Below are positions 23,339 through 35,028 of a stretch of 64,000 bases of DNA, one piece after another (positions within the stretch are counted from its first letter, which is position 1; the number at the start of each line of letters is the position of its first letter). The stretch is taken from positions 928,001 to 992,000 of the forward strand of contig CAWFGE010000013.1 of assembly GCA_963815195.1 (NCBI GenBank), read 5' to 3'. Below the pieces are notes generated by a model. The model ran no database searches. It was not told the DNA's origin and saw only the letters and a program-made list of their open reading frames with translations. Source of the stretch: an uncultured Planctomycetaceae bacterium. GTDB taxonomy: Bacteria > Planctomycetota > Planctomycetia > Planctomycetales > Planctomycetaceae. A program made the translations under genes and the position numbers.

Positions 23339-23797
23339 ATGAGCACTTATGGAAAGGTCTCGCCGCGCGTGGCCCGGCGGATTTCCGCGGCCGAAGGCTA
23401 TTTGGATCTGGACATGCCCGTTCGTGCCATGCGGGAGTTGGAAGCCATCACCGAACCCGGGCCTTACGAGCCGACGGTCGAATACATGAAAGGCGAGGCC
23501 CTGATCGCGCAACGGCGGTTCAGCGAAGCGATCGGGCCGCTCAAACGGGCGGTGCAGCTGATCCCGCCGCCCCACAACCGGGAAGCCTGGAAATCCCTGG
23601 GCGAATGCTACCGCTTGCGAGGCGATGAAGAACTGGCCGACGTGATCGAGCTCTTCGCCGATCAGGAAGCCCCCGAAGAGGTGCCCAACATCCTGCAGAT
23701 TCTGAATATCACCTTGATGCTGGAGCAAGCCGTCGAAGACCATCAAGCCGACGATTTCGAGTGGGACGAAATCGAAGACGACGAAGAGGAAGGATAA
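23339..23797 (+). CDS. Small TPR protein with acidic tail
   Basis: RISAAEGYLDLDMP, YMKGEALIAQRRFSEAI, AWKSLGECYR helical repeats. Confidence 0.75.
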   Translation: MSTYGKVSPRVARRISAAEGYLDLDMPVRAMRELEAITEPGPYEPTVEYMKGEALIAQRRFSEAIGPLKRAVQLIPPPHNREAWKSLGECYRLRGDEELADVIELFADQEAPEEVPNILQILNITLMLEQAVEDHQADDFEWDEIEDDEEEG

Positions 23798-23839
23798 GAG
23801 GAGAGATTCTCCCCATGGTCCAACTTCGTTATTCGTAAA

Positions 23840-23902
23840 TGAGCGGCACGGCGTAGCCGCCGGTTTTGTGCGAGGAACCGGCGGCTAGCGCCGTGCCGCT
23901 CA
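23840..23902. repeat. REP family B inverted pair (CCGGCGGCTAGCGCCGTGCCGCTC)
   Basis: Inverted arms between convergent genes. Related copies near 19115, 33547-33629, 50809-50867, 56190-56215 and 62900. Confidence 0.8.
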
Positions 23903-23927
23903 CAAAGAGACGGCTCTTCCAGTGCTG

Positions 23928-24734
23928 TTATCCGCCGAAGGCTCCATACCGGCGGACGCCCCGGGCGAACGCGACCCGGCCCAGCACCAACAACACGGCG
24001 ATCCACACCAGTTCCAGGCCGATTTCTCTCATCAGCTCGGCATGATCGAACCGGCCCAGCATCACGGCGGCGGGAAAATACGCCAAATACTTAAACGGCA
24101 GAAACTGCACCCATTCGCCGAACGTTCCCAGCCAATCCAGCGGAATCATATGGCCGGAGAGGAAGTAGTTGATCATCATGTAGATGAACACCAGCGAGCT
24201 GACTTCCAAAAACCAGAACGCAATCAGCCCGATCAGCGATTCCAACAGAAACCCGATCAGAAACGCCATCACCAGCGACAGGGCCCATGCCGCGGTCGTC
24301 CAGGCGTCGGGCCAGCCGTCGAAGTAATCCCGGCACAGATAAAACACCAACGCGAACGGCAAAGCGGCCATGATGTAATACACCAGCTTGTGCGCCACGC
24401 GGTGCCAAAACAAATAACCGAGCATGTCGATCGGCTGCGTGAGATATTTCTTGACCGTGCCATCCCGCACGTCCCGCGCGATGCCCGTCGCCAGTCCCGG
24501 CATGCTGGAAAACGCCCGCCCCACCATCGCCAAGAGATAATACGCGACCATGTTGCGATAGGTGTAGCCGTTGAGGGAATCCTGCCCGCGGTAAATCGCC
24601 CCCCACAGAAAAATCTGCGTGACGATCGGCAAAAACCGCACCAGCGTGGCGAACACAAAATCGCCCCGATAAACGAGCCGCTCCTCGAGGCACGTCCGCA
24701 AAATAATCCAATTCACCCGCAACCGAGCCAGCAT
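23928..24734 (-). CDS. ABC-2 type permease (DUF990-like)
   Basis: [55 protein letters not shown]; about six TM helices. Confidence 0.88.
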   Translation of the reverse strand: MLARLRVNWIILRTCLEERLVYRGDFVFATLVRFLPIVTQIFLWGAIYRGQDSLNGYTYRNMVAYYLLAMVGRAFSSMPGLATGIARDVRDGTVKKYLTQPIDMLGYLFWHRVAHKLVYYIMAALPFALVFYLCRDYFDGWPDAWTTAAWALSLVMAFLIGFLLESLIGLIAFWFLEVSSLVFIYMMINYFLSGHMIPLDWLGTFGEWVQFLPFKYLAYFPAAVMLGRFDHAELMREIGLELVWIAVLLVLGRVAFARGVRRYGAFGG

Positions 24735-24858
24735 TTGCTTTGCAGTTTTCCCAAAGAGAGATTTCGCCTCACGCCTGGATCGCCGCGCTCGCCGAATCCA
24801 TAGAGTCGATCGCTGTATCGTAGCAACTCGCCAGCGGTTTCCGAATCCCAGGCGCGAG

Positions 24859-26220
24859 TCATTCGCCGATCGTCGCGGGAGCGACCGCGTGCAGGGTTTG
24901 CCCTTCGGCGGCGACGAGTTTTGAGCGAGGCGGCTTTTCGGCCAAGGCGGGCAGCGGGCCGATCAGGTCTTCCACGGCAAGCAGGCTTTGGAGGGCGGCG
25001 GTCGCCATTTCATCTTCGAAGCCGGCGACTTCATCGGCCCGGGGCAGCTTCGCTTCCTTCCGCCACCGCGCGAGTCGCTCGGCGGTCCGTTGAATGATCT
25101 GGTCCTCGGCTTTCAACGTCTGCGACCAGATGCGGCTCAGCCAGCGGGTGCTCAAGAGGTTTGGCGATTCGTAATTGAGCTCCCGCACCTTCCACGCCGC
25201 GGCACACAGCGAACTCCGCCGGGTTCCGCAGAGCATGGGACTGGTTTGGCTATTCGTGATCCAACAGGGCACGGCCACGGAGAACGCGGGCTGTCCCAAA
25301 AGCGTCCACATCGTCGTCCACTGCGGAGCACTCTCGGCTTTGACGCCGTGAAACACCACTGCCGAGACCGTGTTCCGCCGGTTGATCGTCGATTGCGTGT
25401 TGATCAAAGCGGGCAGCAAAAGCGGATTCTGATGGTTTGGGGCCGGTTGAGACTGAACCCCCCAAGCCGCGGCGGGGCCGTCCAAACCCTCTGAGACATC
25501 CCGGCTGAGGGTTTGCAGGAAAAAGCGATAATCCAGCTTGCCGTGCTGAGCGACGTATTTCCCGATCAACCCGTCCGCCCGGAGATACCGCCGGCCGGAA
25601 TACACTTTCAGAAACTCCTGCGGGCGGGCCAAATGCTGCGAACCGGTCGCGGTCATGGAAAAGTTGGACCGCACGATAAAGCCTTGGGGAGCGGCCTCGG
25701 GGTCGCAGGCATCGAACTTGACGAACGAGCGATGCCCCGCTTCGAACATGGCCGCCGCCCCGTGGGCGTCGATCGCGCCGAAGTTGGCCCGCGTTCGCCG
25801 GCCGGTTTGGTTGGTTTCCAAAAGGAGCTTTTCAAAGTCAGCGACGCTCGCGCAGTTCTGGAGCGCGAGCTTCATAAACCGCCCGTTGCCTCGGCCCGTC
25901 TTGTGCCCGCCGGGCAAATCGAGCGACAGCGAATTGGCCAGGCACAGCCCGGCTTCGTTCATACCCATCCAGATCGTTTCCGAATGCCCGGCATCGGTCA
26001 CCGCCAGCAAGCGATATTTGCCGTCGGCGAACACCTGCACGATGTTCTGCCGGGATTCGGTGTCGCGGTTCTTCCACAACAGCGGCCGGCCGTCCTGGGT
26101 GGCTTTCCCCGACACAACCGCAATCGTGCAGCCCCGGGCGCCGGTCCCCGGAAACATCACGGGGAGGGCCAGCACACAAGCTGTCAGGATCGCGCCCAGT
26201 TTGGAGAGGGAAAAACTCAT
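24859..26220 (-). CDS. Exported Ntn-hydrolase, peptidase C45-like
   Basis: Signal peptide directly followed by [23 protein letters not shown] (N-terminal Cys nucleophile); [15 protein letters not shown]. Confidence 0.8.
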   Translation of the reverse strand: MSFSLSKLGAILTACVLALPVMFPGTGARGCTIAVVSGKATQDGRPLLWKNRDTESRQNIVQVFADGKYRLLAVTDAGHSETIWMGMNEAGLCLANSLSLDLPGGHKTGRGNGRFMKLALQNCASVADFEKLLLETNQTGRRTRANFGAIDAHGAAAMFEAGHRSFVKFDACDPEAAPQGFIVRSNFSMTATGSQHLARPQEFLKVYSGRRYLRADGLIGKYVAQHGKLDYRFFLQTLSRDVSEGLDGPAAAWGVQSQPAPNHQNPLLLPALINTQSTINRRNTVSAVVFHGVKAESAPQWTTMWTLLGQPAFSVAVPCWITNSQTSPMLCGTRRSSLCAAAWKVRELNYESPNLLSTRWLSRIWSQTLKAEDQIIQRTAERLARWRKEAKLPRADEVAGFEDEMATAALQSLLAVEDLIGPLPALAEKPPRSKLVAAEGQTLHAVAPATIGE

Positions 26221-26674
26221 GGGGTTTCCTCTTTGCGAATCCGCACGGTTGATAAACATGCTGTCATCAACACGTCCGAATCTTGGTATATCCTGTTGCA
26301 TTTCACGCTGCAATAGAAGCATAGGGGATAATGTAGATCTTGCAAAACGTCCTTTTTCCCAGGTTTCCGCTAAACTTTTCCCTATCAAGCACTTAGAAAT
26401 TCTCCGCATCCAATCGGAACTGAGGCATTTCGGAATCACACTTCGCTAAAGCATGACGGTCGAAGCACCTGTGCGTTTTGTGCCGCCGGTCGGCGCCCGC
26501 GGCTCTTTTTTGCTTCAGACTTTCGGACGAACCCAAGCGGTCCATCGACGCGGCGATGGGAAACGCCAACCATCACTGGCTTGGATTGCACCGGGATGTT
26601 GTATTATGCTAGCATATAGATAAATTGATTCGATGCGGCGCTGAGATTGCATCCAAACCCTTGGAAAGTGCGAC

Positions 26675-28012
26675 ATGTTGGAGATTCTGGGAACACGGTC
26701 CCGGTTGTGCGATGGATTCACCCGGCGGGACGTGCTGAAGATCGGAGCTTTGGGATTGGGCGGCTTGTCGTTGCCGGCTTTGTTGCGGGCGGAGCAACAG
26801 GCGGACGTTAAGCGATCCCACAAATCCATCATCATGATTTACATGGTGGGGGCGCCGCCGCACCAGGACATGTACGATTTGAAGATGGAAGCGCCCGCGG
26901 AGATTCGGGGCGAGTTTCTGCCGATCGAGACCAGCGTGCCCGGCATTCAAATCTGCGAGCACATGCCGGGCCTGGCGAAGATTATGGACAAATGCGTGCC
27001 GTTGCGGTCGGTACATGGCTCGCCCAACGGGGCGCACGATTCATTCATTTGTTACACCGGCCGCACGACGCAAAACCAGCCGCCCGGCGGTTGGCCCGCC
27101 ATTGGGCCGGTGGTGTCGAAGGTGTTGGGGCCGGTGAATCGCTCGGTGCCGCCGTTTGTGGGGCTCGCGCCCGATGCGGGGCATCCGCCTTATGGCTCGC
27201 CGGGACTGCCGGGCTTTTTGGGCGTCGGGCATGCGGCGTTTCGGCCGTCGGGACCGGCGCGGGACGACATGGTGCTCAATGGCATTTCCGAAGATCGGCT
27301 CAAAAGCCGGAAGGCCCTGCGGTCGGCCTTGGACAACCTTCGCCGGGATGTCGATGCGGGCGGCATGATGGACGGCGTGGATGCGATCAACCAGCAGGCG
27401 CTCGACATCCTCACGTCCAGCCGACTGGCCGACGCCCTCGATTTGTCCCAGGAAGATCCCGCCGTTCGCGAGCGCTACGGCAAAGGCGATCCCAAGAACT
27501 TCGGCGACGGGGCTCCGCGAAACCTCGAGCATTTTCTGCTCGCCCGCCGATTGGTCGAAGCCGGGGCGCGGGTGGTGACACTCAACTTCGGCCGCTGGGA
27601 TTTTCACAGCAACAACTTCGGCGGGGCGAAAGACACGCATCTGCCGCTCTTTGACCGCGGCCTTTCCACATTGATCGCAGACCTGCACGAACGCGGCCTG
27701 GCGGACGATGTGGCCGTGGTCGCCTGGGGCGAATTTGGCCGGACGCCCAAGATCAATAAAGACGCCGGCCGCGACCACTGGCCGCAAGTCGGCGGCGGCC
27801 TGATCGCAGGCGGGGGTTTCAAAACGGGCCAGGTCATCGGGGCCACCGACCGCATCGGCGGCGAGATCGCCGACCGCCCCGTGCACTTCGGCGAAGTCCA
27901 CGCCACGCTGCACCGCTTTTTGGGCCTCGGCCTCGAAACCAAACTCCCCGACCTCGCCGGCCGCCCGCAATACGTCATCGACGGCCACGAACCGCTACGG
28001 GAGATTCTGTGA
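26675..28012 (+). CDS. DUF1501 domain protein
   Basis: CDGFTRRDVLKIG, GAPPHQDMYDLK, LLARRLVEAG, GEFGRTP, GRDHW. Confidence 0.92.
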   Translation: MLEILGTRSRLCDGFTRRDVLKIGALGLGGLSLPALLRAEQQADVKRSHKSIIMIYMVGAPPHQDMYDLKMEAPAEIRGEFLPIETSVPGIQICEHMPGLAKIMDKCVPLRSVHGSPNGAHDSFICYTGRTTQNQPPGGWPAIGPVVSKVLGPVNRSVPPFVGLAPDAGHPPYGSPGLPGFLGVGHAAFRPSGPARDDMVLNGISEDRLKSRKALRSALDNLRRDVDAGGMMDGVDAINQQALDILTSSRLADALDLSQEDPAVRERYGKGDPKNFGDGAPRNLEHFLLARRLVEAGARVVTLNFGRWDFHSNNFGGAKDTHLPLFDRGLSTLIADLHERGLADDVAVVAWGEFGRTPKINKDAGRDHWPQVGGGLIAGGGFKTGQVIGATDRIGGEIADRPVHFGEVHATLHRFLGLGLETKLPDLAGRPQYVIDGHEPLREIL

Positions 28013-28264
28013 GGGCCGAAGGCCTGGCTCTATGTCAGCCCAGGGCCAGCGCAGCGCCGCCCTGGGTTACGGATGATGAACGAACGCAAGCCCCAGCGGG
28101 GCGGCTCTATACGGCAACTCTCGCCGCAGACCGAGCCATGGCTTAGTTCTGTAGTTCTAGTTTAGGACCGCCCCCTTTGGGGCTTTGGCATCTTGTTTGG
28201 TCCCGTTCCCCAGGGCTGTGCCGGCTGCGCCCCGGGGCTGACATAGTGCCGGACCTTTGGTCCT
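28012..28264. repeat. ~250-bp imperfect palindromic element between convergent genes
   Basis: Outer arms share CTATGTCAGCCC/GGGCTGACATAG. Inner arms are CCCTGGG/CCCAGGG and AAGCCCC...GGGGCGG/CCGCCCC...GGGGCTT. Confidence 0.75.
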
Positions 28265-28281
28265 TTTTCCATCATCTGAAA

Positions 28282-29378
28282 CTACGGAATTGTTGTTTCA
28301 GCCCGTTTCGATGCGCGAAGGGCTTCGAGCGTCTTTTGAAAATCCTCCGGCAGCGGGGCTTCGAAGGTGAGGGGTTTGCCGGTTTCGGGGTGATTGAACT
28401 CTAAGCGGTACGCGTGCAGGGCCTGGCGGTGGATGAGGATGTCGTCGTTTTCTTCCGTGATGTTGGGATCAATGTCCGAGCGGGTGAGCGTGGATCGGCC
28501 GCCATACATTCTGTCGGCCACGATGGGATGCCCGATGTGCTGCATGTGCACGCGGATTTGGTGGGTGCGGCCGGTCTTGGGGAACAGCTTGACGTAAGTG
28601 AATTTGTTGGACGCCGTGGGGGAGAAGCGCTCGATGACTTCGTAAAACGTGCTCGCGTGCCGGGCGTTGCCGCCGGGTTCGCAGATCAACATTTTTTCGC
28701 GGTGCTTGGGATGCACGCGGACGTAGGTTTCGATGTAGTCGCTCTCGAAAGCGATGTGCTTCCAGACCAGGGCGCGGTATTCTTTCTTCACGTCCCGGCG
28801 TTCGAATTGGTGCTCAGGCGGTGATGGACCTGGTTGTTCTTGGCGACGACCAACACGCCGCTGGTGTCGCGGTCCAGGCGGTGGACGATGCCGGGCCGCA
28901 GGCTGCCCGCGATGTCGCTCAGCTCATCGAAATGAAACTGCAGCGCCCCCGCGAGAGTGCCGCGGTAATTCCCCTTGCCCGGATGCACGATCATGTCCGG
29001 CGATTTATTGAGCACGATGATCCAATCATCCTCGAAGATGACATCGAGCGGGATGTCTTCGGGAGGAAGATTGTTGTCGGGCTGCTCGGGGAGTTTGACC
29101 GAGACGCGGTCGTTGACCCGCAGTCGGCGGGAGGGTTTCACCGGCAATCCGTTGACGAGCACCGCCTGCTGGTTGATGGCGGACTGAAACAAAGCCCGGC
29201 TGTAATTGGAGAACAGCCGGCTCAGGTAATGATCGAGCCGCCAGCCGTGGGCGCGGGCTTCGACGGTGACCTCCACCGGTTCCGAGGAGAGTGCCGGGAC
29301 CAGAGCGGCCAAAGATTCTTCATCCTCATCGCTCAGGTCGTCAGTGAGTTCCGGGCGGTCCTCCGCGGCATCGGTCAT
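28282..29378 (-). CDS. rluD: RluA-family (RluD-like) pseudouridine synthase with S4 domain; apparent frameshift ~28815
   Basis: GWRLDHYL (S4), RPGIVHRLDRDTSG, KTGRTHQIRVH, RQALHAYRLEF. Confidence 0.88.
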
Positions 29379-29419
29379 GGGTTTTCAAAGCAAAGATGTT
29401 GAATTCTGAAGCTACGAAG

Positions 29420-29446
29420 TCATTGGGCTGACGCCCAACGCTCGCC
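29420..29446. repeat. REP-like family A copy
   Basis: TCATTGGGCTGACGCCCAACGCTCGCC, with a compensatory T/A pair relative to the other copies. Confidence 0.7.
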
Positions 29447-29476
29447 GATCCCCGTCTCTCGTTCTCCCCCCTGTTC

Positions 29477-30359
29477 TTATTCGGGAGGAGTGAGAGCCGG
29501 TCCCGGGCCGGGTTTCTCGGCGCTCGCGGGGCCGTTGGCCTTTTCCTGGCCTTGTTTCACGAGCGAATCCAATTCCTGCATCATGGATTCTTCGGTGACG
29601 GGGGCGGGCGGGAACATCGGGGCCCCCGGCGAAATCGGCGGGTGATTGGGCGGCAGCCGCGTGGAGCCGGGAAGCGATTTCCCGTCATCGGGCAGCTCGA
29701 AATCTTTGGGGTTCGGGTTTTGCTCGCGGAACCAGGCGTAGAATTCCTGCGCCCGCTTGGTTTTCAGATCTTTGATCCGCTCGTCCGCAAAGGGGCGGTA
29801 AATGGAATCGGGAAACTGATCGACAAACCGCTGGTAGGCTTCGACCGCTTTGTCCACGCCCTTCACGTTTTGGCCCGACTCGCCCACGTCCACGCCCGCG
29901 AGCGTTTCCAGGCAGCGGGCGAGGCCGAACAGCCGGCGTTCCTCGATCAGATCGGACTTTGTGTCCGCGAGCTTGGTGAAGGCTTCGTGGGCTTTGACCA
30001 GTTCGGAGACGCTGCCCCGCCGATCGATGGGCGACATTTCGATGCCCGAGTTCAATGCCCGCTCGGCCTCTTTGAGCAACGCCCAGTGGCCGACGGGATC
30101 GTTGGGGTACTGTGAGGCGACTTCCGCGAAATCTTCGGCGGAATCGGCGGCCAGCATGGAAGTCCACCGCTCCTCCTTGGCCGCGGTGGCGCTCATCGTC
30201 CACCAGATCACAACGACGGCGACGATCGAGGCCAAGCCCACGCCGATGAATACCGTCTTGCCGTAGGACTCCATAAAGGATTCCCACGCACCGCGAGCAT
30301 GGCGGCCCCATTTTTCGAGGCTCGGTTTCCTGCAGTCGATGTCGTTCTTCACTTTTCAT
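29477..30359 (-). CDS. Membrane-anchored TPR-like protein (YfgM-like); apparent frameshift ~30325
   Basis: MKSEERHRLQE start in one frame, then a single TM helix and helical repeats (RLFGLARCLE, AYQRFVDQFPDS) with a Pro-rich tail. Confidence 0.65.
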
Positions 30360-30625
30360 GGCCACGCTCCGCGGCAATCCTGACGCAAACGGGAGAAAAT
30401 CCTCCGAAGAGCGCAAGTATAGGCGGGATAAAAAACGCGGTCAAGCGGGCCGTCCGTTTGCCGGTGCGGCTGTTTTCCGCCGGCTGAAAAAACCGCCCGA
30501 AACGCACGCGAGGGAAATGCGGAATTCCTCGATTGCGGTTCGGGCGGTCTGAAGAGCCAGAAACGCGCCAGCGTCCGGTTCTCTTCATGAACCGGGGCGA
30601 GCGCTACGGCTAGGGAATGAACGGT

Positions 30626-31000
30626 TTAACCCTGCTGGCGGACGCGTTTGCGGACGTCGGTTTCGAGGACGCCGAAGGCTTGCTCGTGACGCTGGAGGGC
30701 CATCGACAGGGCGCTCAACAGGCGTTTGGCGGTGTAGTGGTTGAGAATGATCCGCTGCGAAACGTTCACGGTCTGCGGACCGGTGGCATAGGGCTGCGGA
30801 TTGAGGCCCAAATCGAGCACCAACTCTTCGGGGGTGCTCATCACGCGGCAAAAATTCGCATAATGGGCTTCCACGTTGTCATCGCTCACCGTGATCGCCT
30901 GTTGGCCGGCGGCGGCCGGTTGCTGTTGCTGGGGAGCCGCGGCTTGGGGCGCGTCCGTCTCGGCGGTTTCTTCTTGGGGCGTGTCTTTGTCTTTGGCCAT
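30626..31000 (-). CDS. DUF3467 domain protein
   Basis: [23 protein letters not shown]...[12 protein letters not shown]...HEQAFG. Confidence 0.85.
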   Translation of the reverse strand: MAKDKDTPQEETAETDAPQAAAPQQQQPAAAGQQAITVSDDNVEAHYANFCRVMSTPEELVLDLGLNPQPYATGPQTVNVSQRIILNHYTAKRLLSALSMALQRHEQAFGVLETDVRKRVRQQG

Positions 31001-31218
31001 GCAATCATTCTCCTTAATCAGGGTTCAAAGGGATGCGGGGATCAGGCCCTTATAACAGTGCAAAAGCGGAGTTGCAACGAGCCTCACTGGTCAAACTCCC
31101 AGGAATCCGAAGAACAGAAGACACGCTCCTTCCCAGCTTTCCTGGATTAACATTTCGAAGCGAGATTTTGAGATGCAATTGATTGTCGTTTGCGAGTGTC
31201 CGGAAAGGTCGATAATGG

Positions 31219-33451
31219 TCACAGCCGGAAGTGGAAGGTTTTGCGGAAGTAACGCCAAAGATGCTCGCCGGTGGTGCGGCGGTCCACCACGAACCGGGCC
31301 CAGCCTTTCAGTCCCGGCCGCATGAGGTCGGCGTCTTCGCGGATCAAAACCGTGGCCTGATAGGCGATGCTCGTCAGGCGTTCCCGGCCCTGTTTGTCGG
31401 TAACCGTGGGCAGTTCGCCGTCGGCTTTGTTGGAGAGCGCCTGCGGCGCGAACTCCAGATGCCGGTCCGAAATGGTGTCCAACGTCGCGGAATAGGTTCG
31501 GCTCGGCAGATGGTCGAACTTGAGCTCCACCGGATCGCCGACCGCCACGTCGTCGCGGTGGCTTTGGTCGATGACCAGCACGGCTTCCAGGTTCTCGGAC
31601 GGGGCAATGCTCAAAACTTGCGTGCGCTCCTCGAGGAGCGCATGGTCGTTTCGCGGATCGAGCGGCGTTCCGTACCACCCGCCCAACTCATCCCGGGTCC
31701 GGTCGTGAACGGGACGTTCGGTTCGCGGCGGCTCGACGACGACGCCGTCCACGGGGGCCACCAGCGTCAATTGCCGGATCTGGTCTTCAAAGTCGGCGAT
31801 TTTTTCCGTGAGGGAGCGGACCCGTTCGCGGGCCAGTTGCTCCTGGCCGTAGTCTTTCATGTGGAAGAATTTCCTGACTTCTTCCTCCTGGACGCCCTGT
31901 TCCATCTTGAGTTCGCGGAGCTTGTCTTCCACTTCCGGGTTTTCCAAAACGACGAGCACGTCGCCCTTTTTGACTTTCTGGCCGGGGAGGACTTTGAGTT
32001 GCTTCACCTGGCCGGGCAGGGTGACGTACACATGATGCACGTGCTCAGGCTCCAAGAGGCACGCCGACTCGATGTGCCAGGGGATGGGAATCATTAAGCC
32101 GCCGCCGATGAGGAGCACGGCGGCGGAGACGGTCGCGGTGACTTTGTAGTAGTTCAACGGATCGGTCCTCGGCGCGGTGATAATGGAATACACATTGTAA
32201 ATCATGCTGCCGGCGATGCCCGCCAGCGAAAAGACGGCCGCGGTGATGCCGATGCTCTGGAGGCCATAGGGCTTGAGCACGGTGTAAAGAAACAGAGTGA
32301 TGCCGAACAAGATGAACCAGCGGTAAGTCGCCGCCGCGATCGCATACACAACGAACCACAACTTGCCGGTTTCGGGCATGAAGGGGTCGGGCCGGGATTC
32401 GATGCCCAGGCAGTACCAGGCGAATTTTTCCCGGAGCATGCGGTCGGACTTGGGCCGAAGGTTTGGGATCTCGAGGAAGTCGGCCATCATGTAATAGCCG
32501 TCGAACCGCATCAGCGGGTTGGCGTTGAAAATCACCGTGGTCACCGTGGTCACGAAAAACACGTTGAGGCATAGGTGATTGAACAGCCCCGGCTTCGAGT
32601 ACCACCACAGAAAAATCGCCATCGCCGAGAGGATGATTTCAATATACATCCCCGCGGCGGCGATCATGATCCGCTTCCACTTGTTGCGGAGCATCCACGA
32701 GTCAGAGACGTCGCAATACAAACACGGGCTGAATACCAAGAGCATCACGCCCATCTCGTGGCATTCGCCGCCGAAGTGCTTGCAGGACAGGCCGTGCCCG
32801 AACTCGTGGATGATCTTGGCGATGCTCAGCGTGAGGTACATATACGCCAGATTAGGCCACGAGAAGAACTGATGAAACTCGGGCAGCCGGCTGTAAAACT
32901 TGTCAAACTGCACGCCGATCAGAATCCACGACGAGAGCACGAACAGCATCGCCGCCGCGACGGCCCAAGGCTCAAACATCCACTTGAAGAACGGATAAAT
33001 CGCGTTCAGCGTGGTTTCGGGATCCCAGCCCGGCAGGCGGAAGTAAAGCACGTTCCGGATCGCGGCCCAGCGTTTTTTTCGCTTGGTTTCGATTTCCTGC
33101 TTGAGCATCTCGATGCCCTGGCCGGAGCGGTTGCTGTAAACCAGCCCCTTCTTGTGCAGGTCGGTGATGAGATGCTGCACGTCGGGCAGCGTGAAATGCA
33201 GAGCCGGGAACGAGCGCTGGAGCTCGCTTTTGACATCATCCAGGCTCCGCGCCGTCCAACAGCTCCAACGTGCGGTATTGCTCCTGCTGCAATCGATGGT
33301 ACTTCAGCCCCACCGGATCTTTAATGACGTAGGAACTGATGCCCTTATATTCAATCCGCTTGACCACCAGGTCGCTGCGGCGTTCCAACGGAATCGGCCG
33401 CTGCGTGGAGGGCACCATCGAAGCATTGGCGGCAGCGGCAGCCGAACTCAT
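31219..33451 (-). CDS. PqqD-like + M50 (site-2 protease) + HlyD fusion protein; apparent frameshift ~33245
   Basis: N-terminal YVIKDPVGLKYHRL...LELLDG; IIHEFGHG (HExxH) and NANPLMRFDGYY; several TM helices; lipoyl hairpin (LPGQKVKKGDVL, LVAPVDGVV) and coiled coil. Confidence 0.88.
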
Positions 33452-33546
33452 TGGGCTGTTGTCCTTGGTCCGTTGTTCGTCGGAAGGTGTTTAAGAATCT
33501 GGCCGGTCGCCGTTCGCCCGCGTCTCGGTATTGGAAATCTCTCAGA

Positions 33547-33629
33547 ATTACGACCGGCGGCTAGCGCCGTTCCGCTCACTTGTTGAGCAAGTATTACGAC
33601 CGGCGGCTAGCGCCGTGCCGCTCACTTGT
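33547..33629. repeat. Tandem duplication (37 bp, period 46) of a family B REP, overlapping the stop of the upstream gene
   Basis: ATTACGACCGGCGGCTAGCGCCGT(T/G)CCGCTCACTTGT at 33547 and 33593. Confidence 0.85.
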
Positions 33630-34536
33630 CGACCGATGTCGTTTGCACGACTTCGGTCTTGCGGGGATAGATCGTCATCTTCGCGGTCAGGCCGGCTTTG
33701 AGAACGTTTTTGGGGTTTTGGACTTCCGCCCAAACCCGGACGCGGTGCGTGATCGGTTCCACCTCGAGCCCCACGAATTTCAAGACCCCGTCGAATTTTT
33801 CTTGTGCGATTTTCGGATCCATCCCCGGGACTTCGAGTTGGACCTTGACCGGTTCGCCCGGTTTGATGCGAAAGGAATCGGCCAACTCGACGTGCCCTTC
33901 CACGCGGACCCGATCGGTAATCTGAATCTTGAGAACCACGTCGCCCTGTCGCACCGCTTCGCCGGTCGATTTGTACCGCTTGGTGACGATGCCGTTAATC
34001 GGAGCCTTGAGATGATACGCTTCCAAGTTGGCCTCGGCTTCGTTGGCTTTGAGGTTGGCCACTTCCAATTGATGCTCGGCCTGCTCGATCTGCAAATGGG
34101 CCCGCTTGGCGGCCAGCCGCAGGCGCTCGATCTCCACCTCCGCCACCGTGCCTTTGAGCCGGCGGTTGGCTTCCAAGGATTTCGCATATTCCGCATCGGC
34201 GAGTTCGGCCGCCGCCTCGGCGTATTGGACTTCCACGTCGTTCTGGGCTTCCTTCAAGGCGATGGCTTTTTGGGCCAGCACCACGTCGGCCTTCAGTCCG
34301 CCAATTTCCTCACCCGCCCGCACCGGGTCCCCTTCTTCGACCTTGACGAAATCCAAGACTCCCGGAATGCCGCTGGCGACCTCGCGCTCGTCGATCAACT
34401 CGATCCGGCATTGATCGAGCGCGATGGGTTTGGGGCTCGCGGATTTGTTTTGCGCCGTCGCCCGGGTTGTGCCGATTGCCAGAGGCAGGGCCAAAACCAC
34501 GAGGTGCCGAACCAGGCGATTCGATATAATCATCAT
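33622..34536 (-). CDS. HlyD-family periplasmic adaptor (MFP)
   Basis: Signal peptide, VASGIPGVL...VEEGDPVRAG, LKAPINGIV, VRVWAEVQNP...LKAGL. Paralog of 6279-7241. Confidence 0.88.
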   Translation of the reverse strand: MMIISNRLVRHLVVLALPLAIGTTRATAQNKSASPKPIALDQCRIELIDEREVASGIPGVLDFVKVEEGDPVRAGEEIGGLKADVVLAQKAIALKEAQNDVEVQYAEAAAELADAEYAKSLEANRRLKGTVAEVEIERLRLAAKRAHLQIEQAEHQLEVANLKANEAEANLEAYHLKAPINGIVTKRYKSTGEAVRQGDVVLKIQITDRVRVEGHVELADSFRIKPGEPVKVQLEVPGMDPKIAQEKFDGVLKFVGLEVEPITHRVRVWAEVQNPKNVLKAGLTAKMTIYPRKTEVVQTTSVDK

Positions 34537-35028
34537 AAGACTCCATCGGAAGGGCGAGAGGAGGGGAAAGGCCAGAAAACCGCGTGACGAGCACGCCGCA
34601 GAAGGCTTTTGGAAACGGGCGTGGTTCGCGCATTCCGTGCGGGCAACCTATCCCTGTTATTCTAACGTCGTTTTCCGGGAAATTGAGGGAAAAATCTCCA
34701 AAGTCGCTGGTGACGGCGTGGGGAAATGCCATTCTTCGGCGAAAGGGGTTTTACCCCGCGCCGGGCACGGATCCCCTGGAAATAGGCTTTTCCCCAGCCC
34801 GATTGCGGCCTAAACTAGATGGACTCTCCCAATATCAAGGCAACGATCTCGAAGCGGGCCCCTTAGGAATCGGACACTTCCCCGCCCGCCGCCAGTTTTC
34901 CCCGAACCAACGGGGAGACCGGAACAGATAGAAAAACTCTCATAGCGGAAACGACGCCATTTCCCCCGTTGCTCGTCGATTTTAGGACCTTTCCTGCCCC
35001 GATCCCTTCAATCCCGAACGGCCGTTTG

